Below are positions 46,239 to 55,225 of a stretch of DNA of 64,000 bases, one piece after another. Below the pieces are notes generated by a model, which did no database searches, was not told the origin of the DNA, and saw nothing but the letters and a program-made list of their open reading frames with translations. The DNA comes from Gemmatimonadales bacterium. Its GTDB lineage: Bacteria > Gemmatimonadota > Gemmatimonadetes > Gemmatimonadales > GWC2-71-9. Made by a program: the position numbers and the translations under genes. The stretch is from positions 777-64,776 of the forward strand of contig DASTBA010000084.1 in assembly GCA_035712285.1 (NCBI GenBank), read 5' to 3'. Within the stretch, counting starts at the first letter, position 1. Each line of letters opens with the position of its first letter.

Positions 46239-47616
46239 GGCTGATCCCGAGAAGAAACCCGGCGGTATCGTGGAACGCACCGCGGCCGTGCCGGCCAGCC
46301 CGGAACAGGTCTACACCTGGCTCACGCGGGCCGGCGCGCTCCAGCACCTGCTGCCGCCCTGGAGCGGGGCGCGGGTGATGGAACAGCCGCCCGCCATCGC
46401 GGACGGGGCGCGGGTCGGACTGGCGCTGCCGGCCGGTCCGCTCACGCTACGCTGGGCGGCCCGCTACCGCAACACCATCCCCGGCCGCCAGTTCGTCGCC
46501 GAGCAGGTGAGCGGCCCCTTCCGCCGATGGGTGCACCTGCACCGGATGACGCCGGAAGACAACGGATACACCCAGGTACTCGACCGCGTCGAGTTCGATC
46601 TGCCGCTGGGCCATGCCGGCCGGCTCGCGGCCCCGCTGGTACGCCGCCGGATCGGTCGCCTGCTCGATTATCGTCACGCCGTGCTGGCCGACGAATTCCG
46701 GCAGGGCATGCCGGCGCAGCCGCTCCGGGTCGCGGTCACCGGTGCCACCGGATTCATCGGCTCCCGGCTGGTGCCGGCGCTCCGGGCGGCCGGCCACTCG
46801 GTACGTCGCATCGTCCGGCATAATCCGACGGGCGATGACATCGTCTGGGATCCGGACGCCGGCCTGCTCGATGCCCGCCAGCTCGAGGGCACCGACGCCG
46901 TGATCCACCTGGCGGGTGCGAGCATTGCCGGCGGGCGCTGGACCGCGGAGCGCAAGGCGGTGCTGGTCCGGAGCCGCACGGCCGGCACGGCCCTGCTCGC
47001 ACGCACGCTGGCACGTCTCGCCCGGAGGCCTGCGGTGCTCGTCTCCATGTCCGCGGCCGGGTACTACGGTGATCGCGGTGATACCGGTCTCACCGAATCC
47101 AGCGAGCCGGGCGACGATTTCCTGGCCACGACCGCTACCGCGTGGGAAGCGAGCGCCAACCCCGCGCGGGAGGCCGGGATCCGCGTGGTGCATCCGCGTC
47201 CGCAACTCGTCCTGTCGCCGGCCGGCGGCGCCCTTCCGCGCCTGGCCCTGCCGATCCGGCTGGGCGCCGGCGGGCGCCTGGGAACCGGGCGGCAGTGGAT
47301 CAGCTGGATTGCGCTCGACGACGTGCTCGGCGCCCTGCGCTACATGATCGAGCACGATGACCTGCACGGCCCCGTGAACCTCGTGGCGCCCGAGGCGATA
47401 ACCAACGCCGCATTCATGCACACCCTCGGCCGGGTGCTCCACCGGCCGTCACGAATCCCGGCGCCAGCGTTTGCGCTCCGCCTCCTGCTTGGCGAAATGG
47501 CCGACGCCCTGCTGCTCGCCAGCCAGCGTGTCGGACCGGCGGCGCTCGCACGGAGCGGGTATCGCATGCGATATCCGGAACTGGAGGGGGCATTGAGGCA
47601 TGTGATGGGGCAGTAG
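46237..47616 (+). CDS. SRPBCC (START/polyketide-cyclase-like) domain fused to YfcH-type epimerase-family protein (TIGR01777-like, DUF1731 C-terminus)
   Basis: From ATG 46237. N-terminal ~150-aa SRPBCC-like region, then [13 protein letters not shown] (Rossmann fold) and a C-terminal [25 protein letters not shown]. Confidence 0.8.
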   Translation: MADPEKKPGGIVERTAAVPASPEQVYTWLTRAGALQHLLPPWSGARVMEQPPAIADGARVGLALPAGPLTLRWAARYRNTIPGRQFVAEQVSGPFRRWVHLHRMTPEDNGYTQVLDRVEFDLPLGHAGRLAAPLVRRRIGRLLDYRHAVLADEFRQGMPAQPLRVAVTGATGFIGSRLVPALRAAGHSVRRIVRHNPTGDDIVWDPDAGLLDARQLEGTDAVIHLAGASIAGGRWTAERKAVLVRSRTAGTALLARTLARLARRPAVLVSMSAAGYYGDRGDTGLTESSEPGDDFLATTATAWEASANPAREAGIRVVHPRPQLVLSPAGGALPRLALPIRLGAGGRLGTGRQWISWIALDDVLGALRYMIEHDDLHGPVNLVAPEAITNAAFMHTLGRVLHRPSRIPAPAFALRLLLGEMADALLLASQRVGPAALARSGYRMRYPELEGALRHVMGQ

Positions 47617-47646
47617 AGGCGGCCTGCAGGCCGCCCCTGCTATTTT
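47614..47646 (+). terminator. hairpin plus T-tract terminator
   Basis: The tagaGGCGGCCTGCAGGCCGCCcctg stem is followed by ctattttct, directly after the stop at 47616. Confidence 0.55.
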
Positions 47647-47654
47647 CTCCCAGC

Positions 47655-48353
47655 ATGTCCGCCCCGCGCGCCGTCGTGCTGCTCTCCGGCGGCATGGATT
47701 CCGCCACCGCCGCCGCCATCGCGCGAGCCGACGGCTTCCTCCTGCATGCCCTCACCGTGCGCTACGGCCAGCGGCACGCGGTGGAACTCGAAGCCGCCCG
47801 CCGGGTGGCGCGTGCGCTGGGCGTCGTGGAGCATCGGGCCGTGGACGTGGGCCTCGATGCCATCGGCGGCTCGGCGCTGACCGACGCGATTCCGGTGCCG
47901 ATGGACCGCGCCGCAAGCGCCCTGGGCTCGGACATCCCCGCCACCTACGTGCCGGCCCGGAATACCGTCTTTCTGTCGCTGGCGCTGGGCCATGCCGAGG
48001 TGGTGGGCGCGTTCGACATCGTCATCGGCGCGAATGCGCTCGATTACAGCGGCTATCCCGATTGCCGCCCGGAGTATCTCGCCGCCTTCGAGCGGCTGGC
48101 CAACCTTGCCACGCGAGCCGGTGCCGAAGGCCGCGGGCACTTCACGGTGCATGCTCCCCTGCTGCAGCTGACCAAGCGGGAGATCGTCCAGCGCGGCGCC
48201 GCACTGGGGGTGGATTTCTCCCTGACCCACACCTGCTATGCCCCCGACGAGGCCGGACGCGCCTGCGGCCGCTGCGATGCCTGCCAGCTGCGCCTCAAGG
48301 GATTTCGGGAAGCGGGAATGGAAGACCCGGTGCGATATCGCCCCGCGCCGTAG
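47655..48353 (+). CDS. queC: 7-cyano-7-deazaguanine (preQ0) synthase
   Basis: [14 protein letters not shown] (PP-loop), YVPARNT, and the C-terminal zinc motif C...CGRCDAC. Confidence 0.9.
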   Translation: MSAPRAVVLLSGGMDSATAAAIARADGFLLHALTVRYGQRHAVELEAARRVARALGVVEHRAVDVGLDAIGGSALTDAIPVPMDRAASALGSDIPATYVPARNTVFLSLALGHAEVVGAFDIVIGANALDYSGYPDCRPEYLAAFERLANLATRAGAEGRGHFTVHAPLLQLTKREIVQRGAALGVDFSLTHTCYAPDEAGRACGRCDACQLRLKGFREAGMEDPVRYRPAP

Positions 48354-48375
48354 GGGCGCAACGCCTTGCGCCCCT
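48352..48375 (+). terminator. intercistronic hairpin between queC and queE
   Basis: AGGGGCGCAA-cgcc-TTGCGCCCCT, a 10-bp stem that includes part of the queC TAG stop. It is 23/24 identical to the core of the gltA/speA palindrome (39001-39024). Confidence 0.5.
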
Positions 48376-48414
48376 GCGACGCGGGGCGCCCGATGCCACG
48401 AGTATATTTCCGCC

Positions 48415-49050
48415 ATGTCGTACGCCGTCAAGGAAATCTTCTATACCCTGCAGGGCGAGGGCGTTCACACCGGCCGCCCGGCGGTCTTCTGCCGCTTCGC
48501 GGGGTGCAATCTCTGGAATGGCCGCGAAGAGGATCGTGCGTCGGCCGTCTGCACCTTCTGCGACACCGATTTCACCGGCACCGACGGTGACGGCGGCGGG
48601 AAATTCCCGTCGCCCGAATCGCTGGCCGCGGCGGTGGCCAGTGCGTGGCCGGCCGGAGGGTCCGCCAGCCGGTTCGTCGTCTGCACCGGCGGGGAACCGC
48701 TGCTGCAGCTCGACGAGAAGCTGGTGCAGGCGCTCCACGACCGTGGCTTCACCGTCGCCGTGGAAACCAACGGTACCCAGGCGGCGCCCCCGGGCGTGGA
48801 CTGGATCTGCGTGAGCCCGAAGGCGGAGGCGCCCCTGGTCCTGGCCACCGGCGACGAACTGAAGCTGGTCTACCCGCAGGAAGCGGCGCCCCCGGACCGG
48901 TTCGCCGCCCTGCCGTTCACGCATTTCTTCCTGCAGCCGATGGACGGGCCCCGCCTCGAGGAAAACACCGCCCTGGCGCTGGAGTATTGCCTCGCCCACC
49001 CGCAGTGGCGCCTGAGCCTCCAGACCCACAAGCTGCTCGGCATCCGGTGA
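48415..49050 (+). CDS. queE: 7-carboxy-7-deazaguanine synthase (radical SAM)
   Basis: From ATG 48415: IFYTLQGEGVHTGRPAVFCRFAGCNLW and CTFCDTDF (QueE-type cluster motif), GGEPLLQ, and a C-terminal LSLQTHK. Confidence 0.85.
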   Translation: MSYAVKEIFYTLQGEGVHTGRPAVFCRFAGCNLWNGREEDRASAVCTFCDTDFTGTDGDGGGKFPSPESLAAAVASAWPAGGSASRFVVCTGGEPLLQLDEKLVQALHDRGFTVAVETNGTQAAPPGVDWICVSPKAEAPLVLATGDELKLVYPQEAAPPDRFAALPFTHFFLQPMDGPRLEENTALALEYCLAHPQWRLSLQTHKLLGIR

Positions 49051-49664
49051 AGGCCTATTCCGACCGGCTGAGCCACGCCTTCGCCTTCTCCGCGAAGCAC
49101 TACGGCAACCGTGCACCGGCGGTCAACACCCCGGCCTACCTGGCGCACCCGGCCAACGTGGCCGTGATTCTCGCGCGGCACGACGCCGACGAGCTCACCC
49201 TGGTGGCGAGCGTGCTGCACCACGTGCTCGAGGAGAGCCAGGGACGCCAGCGCGCCGAGCTGGAGAGCAAGATCGCCGGCAAGTTCGGGCCGGTGGTGCT
49301 GGCGGTGGCGCGCGAGGCGCTGGAGCCGCGCTACGACCCGGGCGCCGGCGAGGGCGCCTGGCACGAGAGCCGGCGCACCTACCTCGCCATGCTGGCGGAC
49401 GCCTCGCCCCGGGCGCTCGACATCTGCGCCGCGGACGAGCTGCAGCGGTGCGGCGACCTGGCGGCGACCATCCGGCGCCTCGGTGCGGAGTATGTGCGTG
49501 CGGCGGCGCGGGTGTCGTCCGAAGAGACCATCTGGTGGTACCGCGCACTGGTGGAGCAGCTGAGCACGCGGCCGGACTGGCCCTCGCACGCCCTGCTCGA
49601 AGAATTGCGTCATGCCAGTGCCGCCCTGCTGCACTGTCTCAGGCCATTCGGAGATCCTGGATGA
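49047..49664 (+). CDS. HD-domain-like protein (SpoT/Mesh1-like fold, variant motif)
   Basis: GTGA overlap with the queE stop. AFAFSAKHYGNR...PAYLAHPANVAVIL...LVASVLHHVLEES has the HD-hydrolase layout, but with HH in place of the HD dyad. Confidence 0.55.
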   Translation: MKAYSDRLSHAFAFSAKHYGNRAPAVNTPAYLAHPANVAVILARHDADELTLVASVLHHVLEESQGRQRAELESKIAGKFGPVVLAVAREALEPRYDPGAGEGAWHESRRTYLAMLADASPRALDICAADELQRCGDLAATIRRLGAEYVRAAARVSSEETIWWYRALVEQLSTRPDWPSHALLEELRHASAALLHCLRPFGDPG

Positions 49665-51163
49665 ATCGTCGTTTCGTCACCGCGAGTCTCGTGACCCTCG
49701 CCCTGGCCGGGGCCTGCATGCCGCCGGCCCCGGCGCCGACCCGCCCGCTCCGGTTCCTGTCCGTCAACGACGTCTATGTGCTGGATACGCTGACGGACGG
49801 CAGCGGCGGGCTGGCGCGGGTCGTGACGGTCCGGAACCGCGTGGCCACCGAGGGGCCCGTGATCTTCACGCTGGCGGGCGACGTGCTCTCCCCCAGCCTG
49901 CTCAGCAAGTACTACCACGGCGCCCAGATGGTGAGCGCGCTCAACGCCGCCCGCCTCGATTATGCCACCTTCGGCAATCACGAATTCGAGATCCCCCGTG
50001 ACACCCTGGTGGCCCGGATCCGGGAATCGAAATTCAAGTGGCTCTCCGCCAACTGCGTGGAGGCATCCGGCCAGCCGTTCCCCGGCGTCCTCGCGTGGGA
50101 CACCGTCCACACGCAGGGGACGGTCGTTGGCATCTTCGGGCTCACGATTCCGGAACCGGACTATCGCCCGTGGGTCCGCTGCGGCGATCCCGACAGCGCC
50201 GCCCACGCCGCCATCGATACCCTGGGCAAGGTGGGGGCGAAATTCATCGTGGCGCTCACCCACCAGGCGCTGGCCACCGACGAGGCCCTGCTCCGCCGCG
50301 AGCCGGCCCTCGACCTGGTGCTCGGCGGGCATGAGCACGAGAACCATGACGAGCTGGTCAACGGGCGCCACGTGGTGAAGGCGGATGCGAACTCGCGGAG
50401 CGCGCAGTTCGTGACCGTCTGGGGTTCAGCCGGCGCCTGGCGCCAGCAGCCGATCCTGGTCCGGATGGATGCGCGGATACCGCCCGATACGCTGGTGCAG
50501 CGCGTGGTCCGGAACTGGGACGACAGTCTCAAGGCGCGCCTCGGACCGGAAGAGACGATCGGTACGGCCACCGGCCCGGTCGAGGCCCGGGATGCCGTCT
50601 CCCGCCGGCAGGAGAGCGCCATCGGGGATATCGTGACCGACGCCATGCGATGGGGACATGGCGCGGACGTGGCGCTGCTGAACGCCGGCACGCTGCGGCT
50701 GGATGATGTGATCCCGCCCGGCCCGGTCACCAATTACACGCTGGAATCGCTCTTCCTGTTTTCGGACGACGCGCGCAGCGTGAAGTTCCCGCTCAGCGGC
50801 GTGCGCCTGCGCGAACTCCTGGAGCACAGCGTCGCCAGCGTGGGGTCGGGGCCATTCCTGCAGGTCTCGGGCATCCGGTTCACCTACGACCCGTCGGCCG
50901 CGAGCGGCAAGCGCATCGTGGGTGCCGTCGCCCGGAGCGACGGGCGGCCGATCCTGCCGGACGACACCGTGACGGTGGCCTTCGACGTCTATCCCGCCTG
51001 CGAGTCGGGCGATGGGTACCGGGTGCCGGAAGCACAGGCGGCGTGTGCGGCCTGGCAACAGGCGCCGCGCGCAGCGGACCTGGTACGGCGCTATGTGAAC
51101 GAGGAACTAGGCGGCAAGTTCGTGGCGCCGGTCGCGGACCGGATCACCCGCGTCGGGGGCTGA
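49661..51163 (+). CDS. bifunctional metallophosphatase / 5'-nucleotidase family lipoprotein
   Basis: ATGA overlap. Lipobox LALAGAC. Calcineurin-like motifs SVNDVY, GDVLSP, GNHEF and GGHEH, plus a C-terminal 5'-nucleotidase substrate-binding domain. Confidence 0.8.
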   Translation: MNRRFVTASLVTLALAGACMPPAPAPTRPLRFLSVNDVYVLDTLTDGSGGLARVVTVRNRVATEGPVIFTLAGDVLSPSLLSKYYHGAQMVSALNAARLDYATFGNHEFEIPRDTLVARIRESKFKWLSANCVEASGQPFPGVLAWDTVHTQGTVVGIFGLTIPEPDYRPWVRCGDPDSAAHAAIDTLGKVGAKFIVALTHQALATDEALLRREPALDLVLGGHEHENHDELVNGRHVVKADANSRSAQFVTVWGSAGAWRQQPILVRMDARIPPDTLVQRVVRNWDDSLKARLGPEETIGTATGPVEARDAVSRRQESAIGDIVTDAMRWGHGADVALLNAGTLRLDDVIPPGPVTNYTLESLFLFSDDARSVKFPLSGVRLRELLEHSVASVGSGPFLQVSGIRFTYDPSAASGKRIVGAVARSDGRPILPDDTVTVAFDVYPACESGDGYRVPEAQAACAAWQQAPRAADLVRRYVNEELGGKFVAPVADRITRVGG

Positions 51164-51174
51164 AAAACACAAAT

Positions 51175-51200
51175 CCCGGCGGGCAGAATGCCCGGCCGGG
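51175..51200 (+). terminator. hairpin after the 5'-nucleotidase gene
   Basis: cccggcgggca-gaa-tgcccggccggg, 11 bp with one bulge. No T-tract. Confidence 0.4.
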
Positions 51201-51306
51201 AAGAGGCTGGTCTTAGCCGATTTTCATCACCCAGGCGGCAAGACCGGAAATCCCTGGGGCCCCAAGGGGCTATGTCCTTGGGCCTAAGCATAACCAGCAG
51301 TGTCGG

Positions 51307-52695
51307 TTGCCGCAAGGGGTGCGCTCCCCCGAGGGCATGCTTTTCGCTATCTTCCCCCGCATGCCCCTCCCCCAGACCTTCCAACTGACCGCCATCCCGA
51401 GTGCCTTCGCCGCCGCCTGCCGGATGTCCCGGACGGAGGGCGAGCTCTTCGAGCGATGCCGGGCGGTCCTCGTCCGCCGCTTCGAATCGGACCTGATCTG
51501 GTTCGAAGTGAGCATGCCCGATGGCAGCCTCGAGCGGGTCGGGCCGGGAGTCGGGGCCGAGGAAGCGACCGAGATCGCCCGGCTGGCAAGCGGCTCTACC
51601 GAAGTCGCCATCCGGGCGTCGGGCGAGACCGCGGCGGAGCTTCGTGGCATGGCCATGCCGCTGGCGCTCGGCCTGAGCGTGGTGATCGAGCTTCGCGGCA
51701 TCCTGCTCGACCGCCAGGCGGCGCTCGATGACTCGGCGTTCCAGCTGCAGGCGCTCCGCCAGGTCGCCCGCCTCCTGTCATCGGTGCATTCGGCCGACGA
51801 GACCGCCCAGCTCATTCTCGATTTCATGGCTGAGGTGTTCTTCGCCTGGTGGGCGTGCCTCTTCCGGCCGCAGGGCGAGCATTACGTCCCCACCGTGAGC
51901 CGCGCATTGAACGAGCGCTCCAGTTGCGAGAGCATCCCGAAGGCGGCCCTGGACGAGGCGCTGCCCACCGGCAGTGCGGCCGCGGGCGTCACCGACGTGG
52001 CGCTGGCGCGCCTGGTGGGTGATGACGCCCGGCTGGTCGTGCCGCTCGATGCCGGCGCGGAGCGGATGGCGGTCCTGGTCCTCGGCCCGCGGATCAGCCA
52101 GCGCGAATACGGCACGCCGGAGCTGGAGCTCGCCGGCACCCTGTCGTTCGCCGCGGCCATCGCCCTCAAGAACGCGGAGCTGGTGGAGCAGCTGCAGAGC
52201 GCCGCCACCACCGATGAACTGACCGGCCTCTACAATCGCCGCGCGCTGGAAGACCGGATGGCGGCGGAAATCTCGCGCAGTCTCCGCCACCAGCTGCACA
52301 CGAGCGTCCTGCTGGTGGACCTCGATCGCTTCAAGGTGGTCAACGACACGCTGGGACACGCGGCCGGCGACCGGCTGCTCGGGCTCGTGGCCGGCGTGCT
52401 GCGCCAGCAGTGCCGCACGCTGGACGTGGTGGGGCGCCTGGGCGGCGACGAATTTCTCGTCGTCCTGCCGATGACCGCGCCGGCGGAGGCGCGGATCTAT
52501 ATCGGCCGCGTCATGGAAAGCCTTCGTGACCTCCACCAGCTCCATCCCGAATTCGGCGCCTGTACCCTCAGCATCGGCATCGCGGAGTCCCCGCGGCACG
52601 GCACCACGGTCAGCAGCATCCTGGCCGCCGCCGACAAGGCGCTCTACAAGGCCAAGCGCGGCGGCCGGGATGCCGTCGAGGTGGCCGACGGCTGA
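51307..52695 (+). CDS. diguanylate cyclase (GAF-like N-terminal region + GGDEF)
   Basis: DELTGLYNRRAL, DLDRFKVVND, an intact GGDEF, and an RxxD I-site (RTLD) 5 residues upstream. The start could be 51307, 51337 or 51361. Confidence 0.8.
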   Translation: MPQGVRSPEGMLFAIFPRMPLPQTFQLTAIPSAFAAACRMSRTEGELFERCRAVLVRRFESDLIWFEVSMPDGSLERVGPGVGAEEATEIARLASGSTEVAIRASGETAAELRGMAMPLALGLSVVIELRGILLDRQAALDDSAFQLQALRQVARLLSSVHSADETAQLILDFMAEVFFAWWACLFRPQGEHYVPTVSRALNERSSCESIPKAALDEALPTGSAAAGVTDVALARLVGDDARLVVPLDAGAERMAVLVLGPRISQREYGTPELELAGTLSFAAAIALKNAELVEQLQSAATTDELTGLYNRRALEDRMAAEISRSLRHQLHTSVLLVDLDRFKVVNDTLGHAAGDRLLGLVAGVLRQQCRTLDVVGRLGGDEFLVVLPMTAPAEARIYIGRVMESLRDLHQLHPEFGACTLSIGIAESPRHGTTVSSILAAADKALYKAKRGGRDAVEVADG

Positions 52696-52699
52696 CCGC

Positions 52700-53239
52700 A
52701 TGGTGGACGCCGAGTTCCTCCTGCTGGGTGACGCGCTGTGGCTGGACTTCGTCAACACGGCGCGATACCTCGCCCGCACCGATACCCTGCCCGATCTCGC
52801 AGCCTATCATCGCTGGGCCAAGGCGTGCCGGCTGCACTCCGATGCGGACGCCGTGCTCTTCGGCGAGGTACGCCGCCTGCGCGCCCATCTCACCGTGCTG
52901 GCGGATGCGCTCGAGACCCACGCGCCCCTGCCCTCCGCTGCGCTCGCGGCGGTGAACCGCTGCCTCGGCCGGCGGGAGGGCTGCGAGCAGCTGGTGCGCG
53001 AATCGGGACGGTGGCAGGTGCGGTTCGAGCCCCACGCGGTGCCCCGCGCACTCACCGCCATCGCCCGCTCGGCGGCCCTGACGCTGGCCGATCCGGAGGT
53101 CAGGGTCGCCCGGTGCCGCAACACCCGCTGCGCGCTCCGCTTTCTCGACACCTCGCCGCGGCATGACCGGGTGTGGTGTTCCCCGGTCCGGTGCGGCCTC
53201 GCCATGACGGTGGACCGCCGCCGCGGAGCGCTTCGGTGA
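52700..53239 (+). CDS. CGNR zinc-finger (ABATE-family) protein
   Basis: From ATG 52700. N-terminal LWLDFVNT and a C-terminal C-x4-C...FLDTSPRHDRVWCSPVRCG zinc-ribbon pattern. Confidence 0.7.
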   Translation: MVDAEFLLLGDALWLDFVNTARYLARTDTLPDLAAYHRWAKACRLHSDADAVLFGEVRRLRAHLTVLADALETHAPLPSAALAAVNRCLGRREGCEQLVRESGRWQVRFEPHAVPRALTAIARSAALTLADPEVRVARCRNTRCALRFLDTSPRHDRVWCSPVRCGLAMTVDRRRGALR

Positions 53240-55020
53240 GCATCCCGGCCGGCGGACTGGTCACCGATCCGGCGGGGTTCTTCCAGCGGGTGGACGCCGC
53301 GCTGGGGCACCGATATCGCCCGGAGCGCATGGTAGCGGTGTCCCGCGAGCGGGTGCTGTTCAAGGCCGACGACCTCGTGCTCCGGCGCAGCGTGAGCCTC
53401 CGCGTGAACTTCTTCACCGGGGAGGCGATCCGCGCCTGGTTCATGCGCGAAGCGGAGGCGCTGGCCCGGCTCAACCATCCGGCCATCCGTCACGTCTACG
53501 ACGCCGGCGTGATCGGGGACCTCGCCTACCGCGTCGGCACCTGGATTGACGGCGAAGGACTCCGTGACGCGCTCACCCGCGGGCCGCGCCCCATTCCCGT
53601 GGTGCACGCGCTCGCCCGCGACCTGCTGAGCGCCCTCGAACACGCGCACAACCGCGGCATCATCCTGCGCCGCATCGTCCCCGCATCGCTGCTCCTCAAC
53701 CATGAGGGGCATCCCACGGTTACCGATGCCCGCTTCGCCAACTGGACCCTTCCCGCCATCCCGCCCGGCATGGCGCCGACCGGCCTGGCCTTCATGGCCC
53801 CCGAGGTGCGGAACGGCGAACCCGGCGACCCGGCGAGCGATGTCTTCGCCGCCGGGGCCATTCTCTACTACGCCCTTACCGGCGTCGAACCGCCGCTGGA
53901 CGCCGCCACGGTGCGTCCTCCCCACGACCTGCGGCCCATGACGCCCCGCGCCATGGAACGCGTCATTCTCCGCGCGCTGCTGCCGGTGGCCGACGACCGC
54001 TACCTCAATGCGGTGGAAATGCTGGAGGACTTCGCGAGCGACGCCGGCTCGTTCGAGATGCCGGCGGTGAGCGTGCCGGCGGCGGGCGGGAACGAAGACC
54101 GTGCGCGCTGGGAACAGCGGCTTCGCCGCGCGCTGGGCGACGACTACGAGCTGCTCACGCTCCTTGGCGCGGGCGGCTTCGGCAGCGTCTACCGGGTCCG
54201 GGATCTCCACCTCGAGCGCGAGGTGGCGCTCAAGGTGCTGCACCCGCTGCTGACCCAGGACCCGGAGGTGGTCGAGCGCTTCCGCAAGGAGGCGCAGCTC
54301 GCCGGCCGGCTCAATCACCTCAACATCGTGAACATCTACGACATCGGCGGGCGGGCGGGGCTCATCTGGTACACCATGGAGCTGATCGAGGGACCGAGCC
54401 TGGCGCAGATGGTGGAGAAGGACGGCCCCCTGCCGCTCGCGCGCGTCCTGCGCCTGCTGCGCGAGGCGCTCTCGGCGCTGGCGTACGCCCACTCGCTGGG
54501 ACTGGTGCACCGCGACCTGAAGCCGGAGAACATGCTCATCGAACGGGACGGGGGACTGCGCATCACCGACTTCGGCCTGGCGCTGGCGCTGCGGGGCGCC
54601 GGGAAGCATGGCGGCGCCACGAGCCAGAGCGGGACGCCGCAGTTCGCCAGCCCCGAACAGCTCCTGGGCGAGCGGGTGGATCAGCGCAGCGATCTCTACA
54701 GCCTGGCGGCGGTCGCCTGCTTTGCGCTGCTCGGGCGCCCGCCCTTCCTGGGCACCACGCCGGCGCAGATCCTGGCACGCCAGACCACGCGCCAGCTGCC
54801 GCCGGTGCACGAGATCCGCTCCGACGTGTCCGAAGCGCTGGAGCGGGTGCTGGCGCGGGCGCTGGATCCGGAGGTGGACAAGCGCTTCCCTTCCGCCGCC
54901 GAGTTCCTCCAGGCGGTCAACCGGGCCACCGCCTCGGAGCGCGGACGCCGCAGCAGCGACTGGGCCCGGACGGCCGCCCGCTGGTTCCGGCTGCCGCCAT
55001 CCGACGACAGCCCCTCTTGA
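53236..55020 (+). CDS. cytoplasmic protein with tandem pseudokinase + Ser/Thr kinase domains
   Basis: GTG 53236 forms a GTGA overlap with the CGNR stop. The C-terminal domain is canonical (GAGGFGSVY, ALKVL, HRDLKPEN, DFGLA, GTPQFASPE). The N-terminal domain has the kinase fold pattern (EAEALARLNHPAI, FMAPE) but LRR replaces HRD, and there is no Gly loop and no VAIK lysine. Confidence 0.8.
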   Translation: MSIPAGGLVTDPAGFFQRVDAALGHRYRPERMVAVSRERVLFKADDLVLRRSVSLRVNFFTGEAIRAWFMREAEALARLNHPAIRHVYDAGVIGDLAYRVGTWIDGEGLRDALTRGPRPIPVVHALARDLLSALEHAHNRGIILRRIVPASLLLNHEGHPTVTDARFANWTLPAIPPGMAPTGLAFMAPEVRNGEPGDPASDVFAAGAILYYALTGVEPPLDAATVRPPHDLRPMTPRAMERVILRALLPVADDRYLNAVEMLEDFASDAGSFEMPAVSVPAAGGNEDRARWEQRLRRALGDDYELLTLLGAGGFGSVYRVRDLHLEREVALKVLHPLLTQDPEVVERFRKEAQLAGRLNHLNIVNIYDIGGRAGLIWYTMELIEGPSLAQMVEKDGPLPLARVLRLLREALSALAYAHSLGLVHRDLKPENMLIERDGGLRITDFGLALALRGAGKHGGATSQSGTPQFASPEQLLGERVDQRSDLYSLAAVACFALLGRPPFLGTTPAQILARQTTRQLPPVHEIRSDVSEALERVLARALDPEVDKRFPSAAEFLQAVNRATASERGRRSSDWARTAARWFRLPPSDDSPS

Positions 55021-55225
55021 CGGCCCGCGGGGAATGTGCAAATTGTATCCCGATTTTGGCCCAGCCCCGGCGTGATCCCTCGGAGAATCTTCCGCTCTCA
55101 GGCCCGCTCCCGCTCGGGTCATCATGGTTTGGCCCCTGACGCGGGATCCGCTCGCGACCCAGGGGCAACCATCCGCCCGCCAGTGTGGCGGATGGCGCGG
55201 CACAACTTACACGGAGTTGCGTAGC

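Noticed and set aside
47614-47654. A preQ1 riboswitch upstream of queC.
   Set aside because: The hairpin is followed by a U-rich rather than A-rich tail. It lacks the preQ1-I/II loop consensus as I recall it. It directly abuts the upstream stop, so it is better explained as that gene's terminator.
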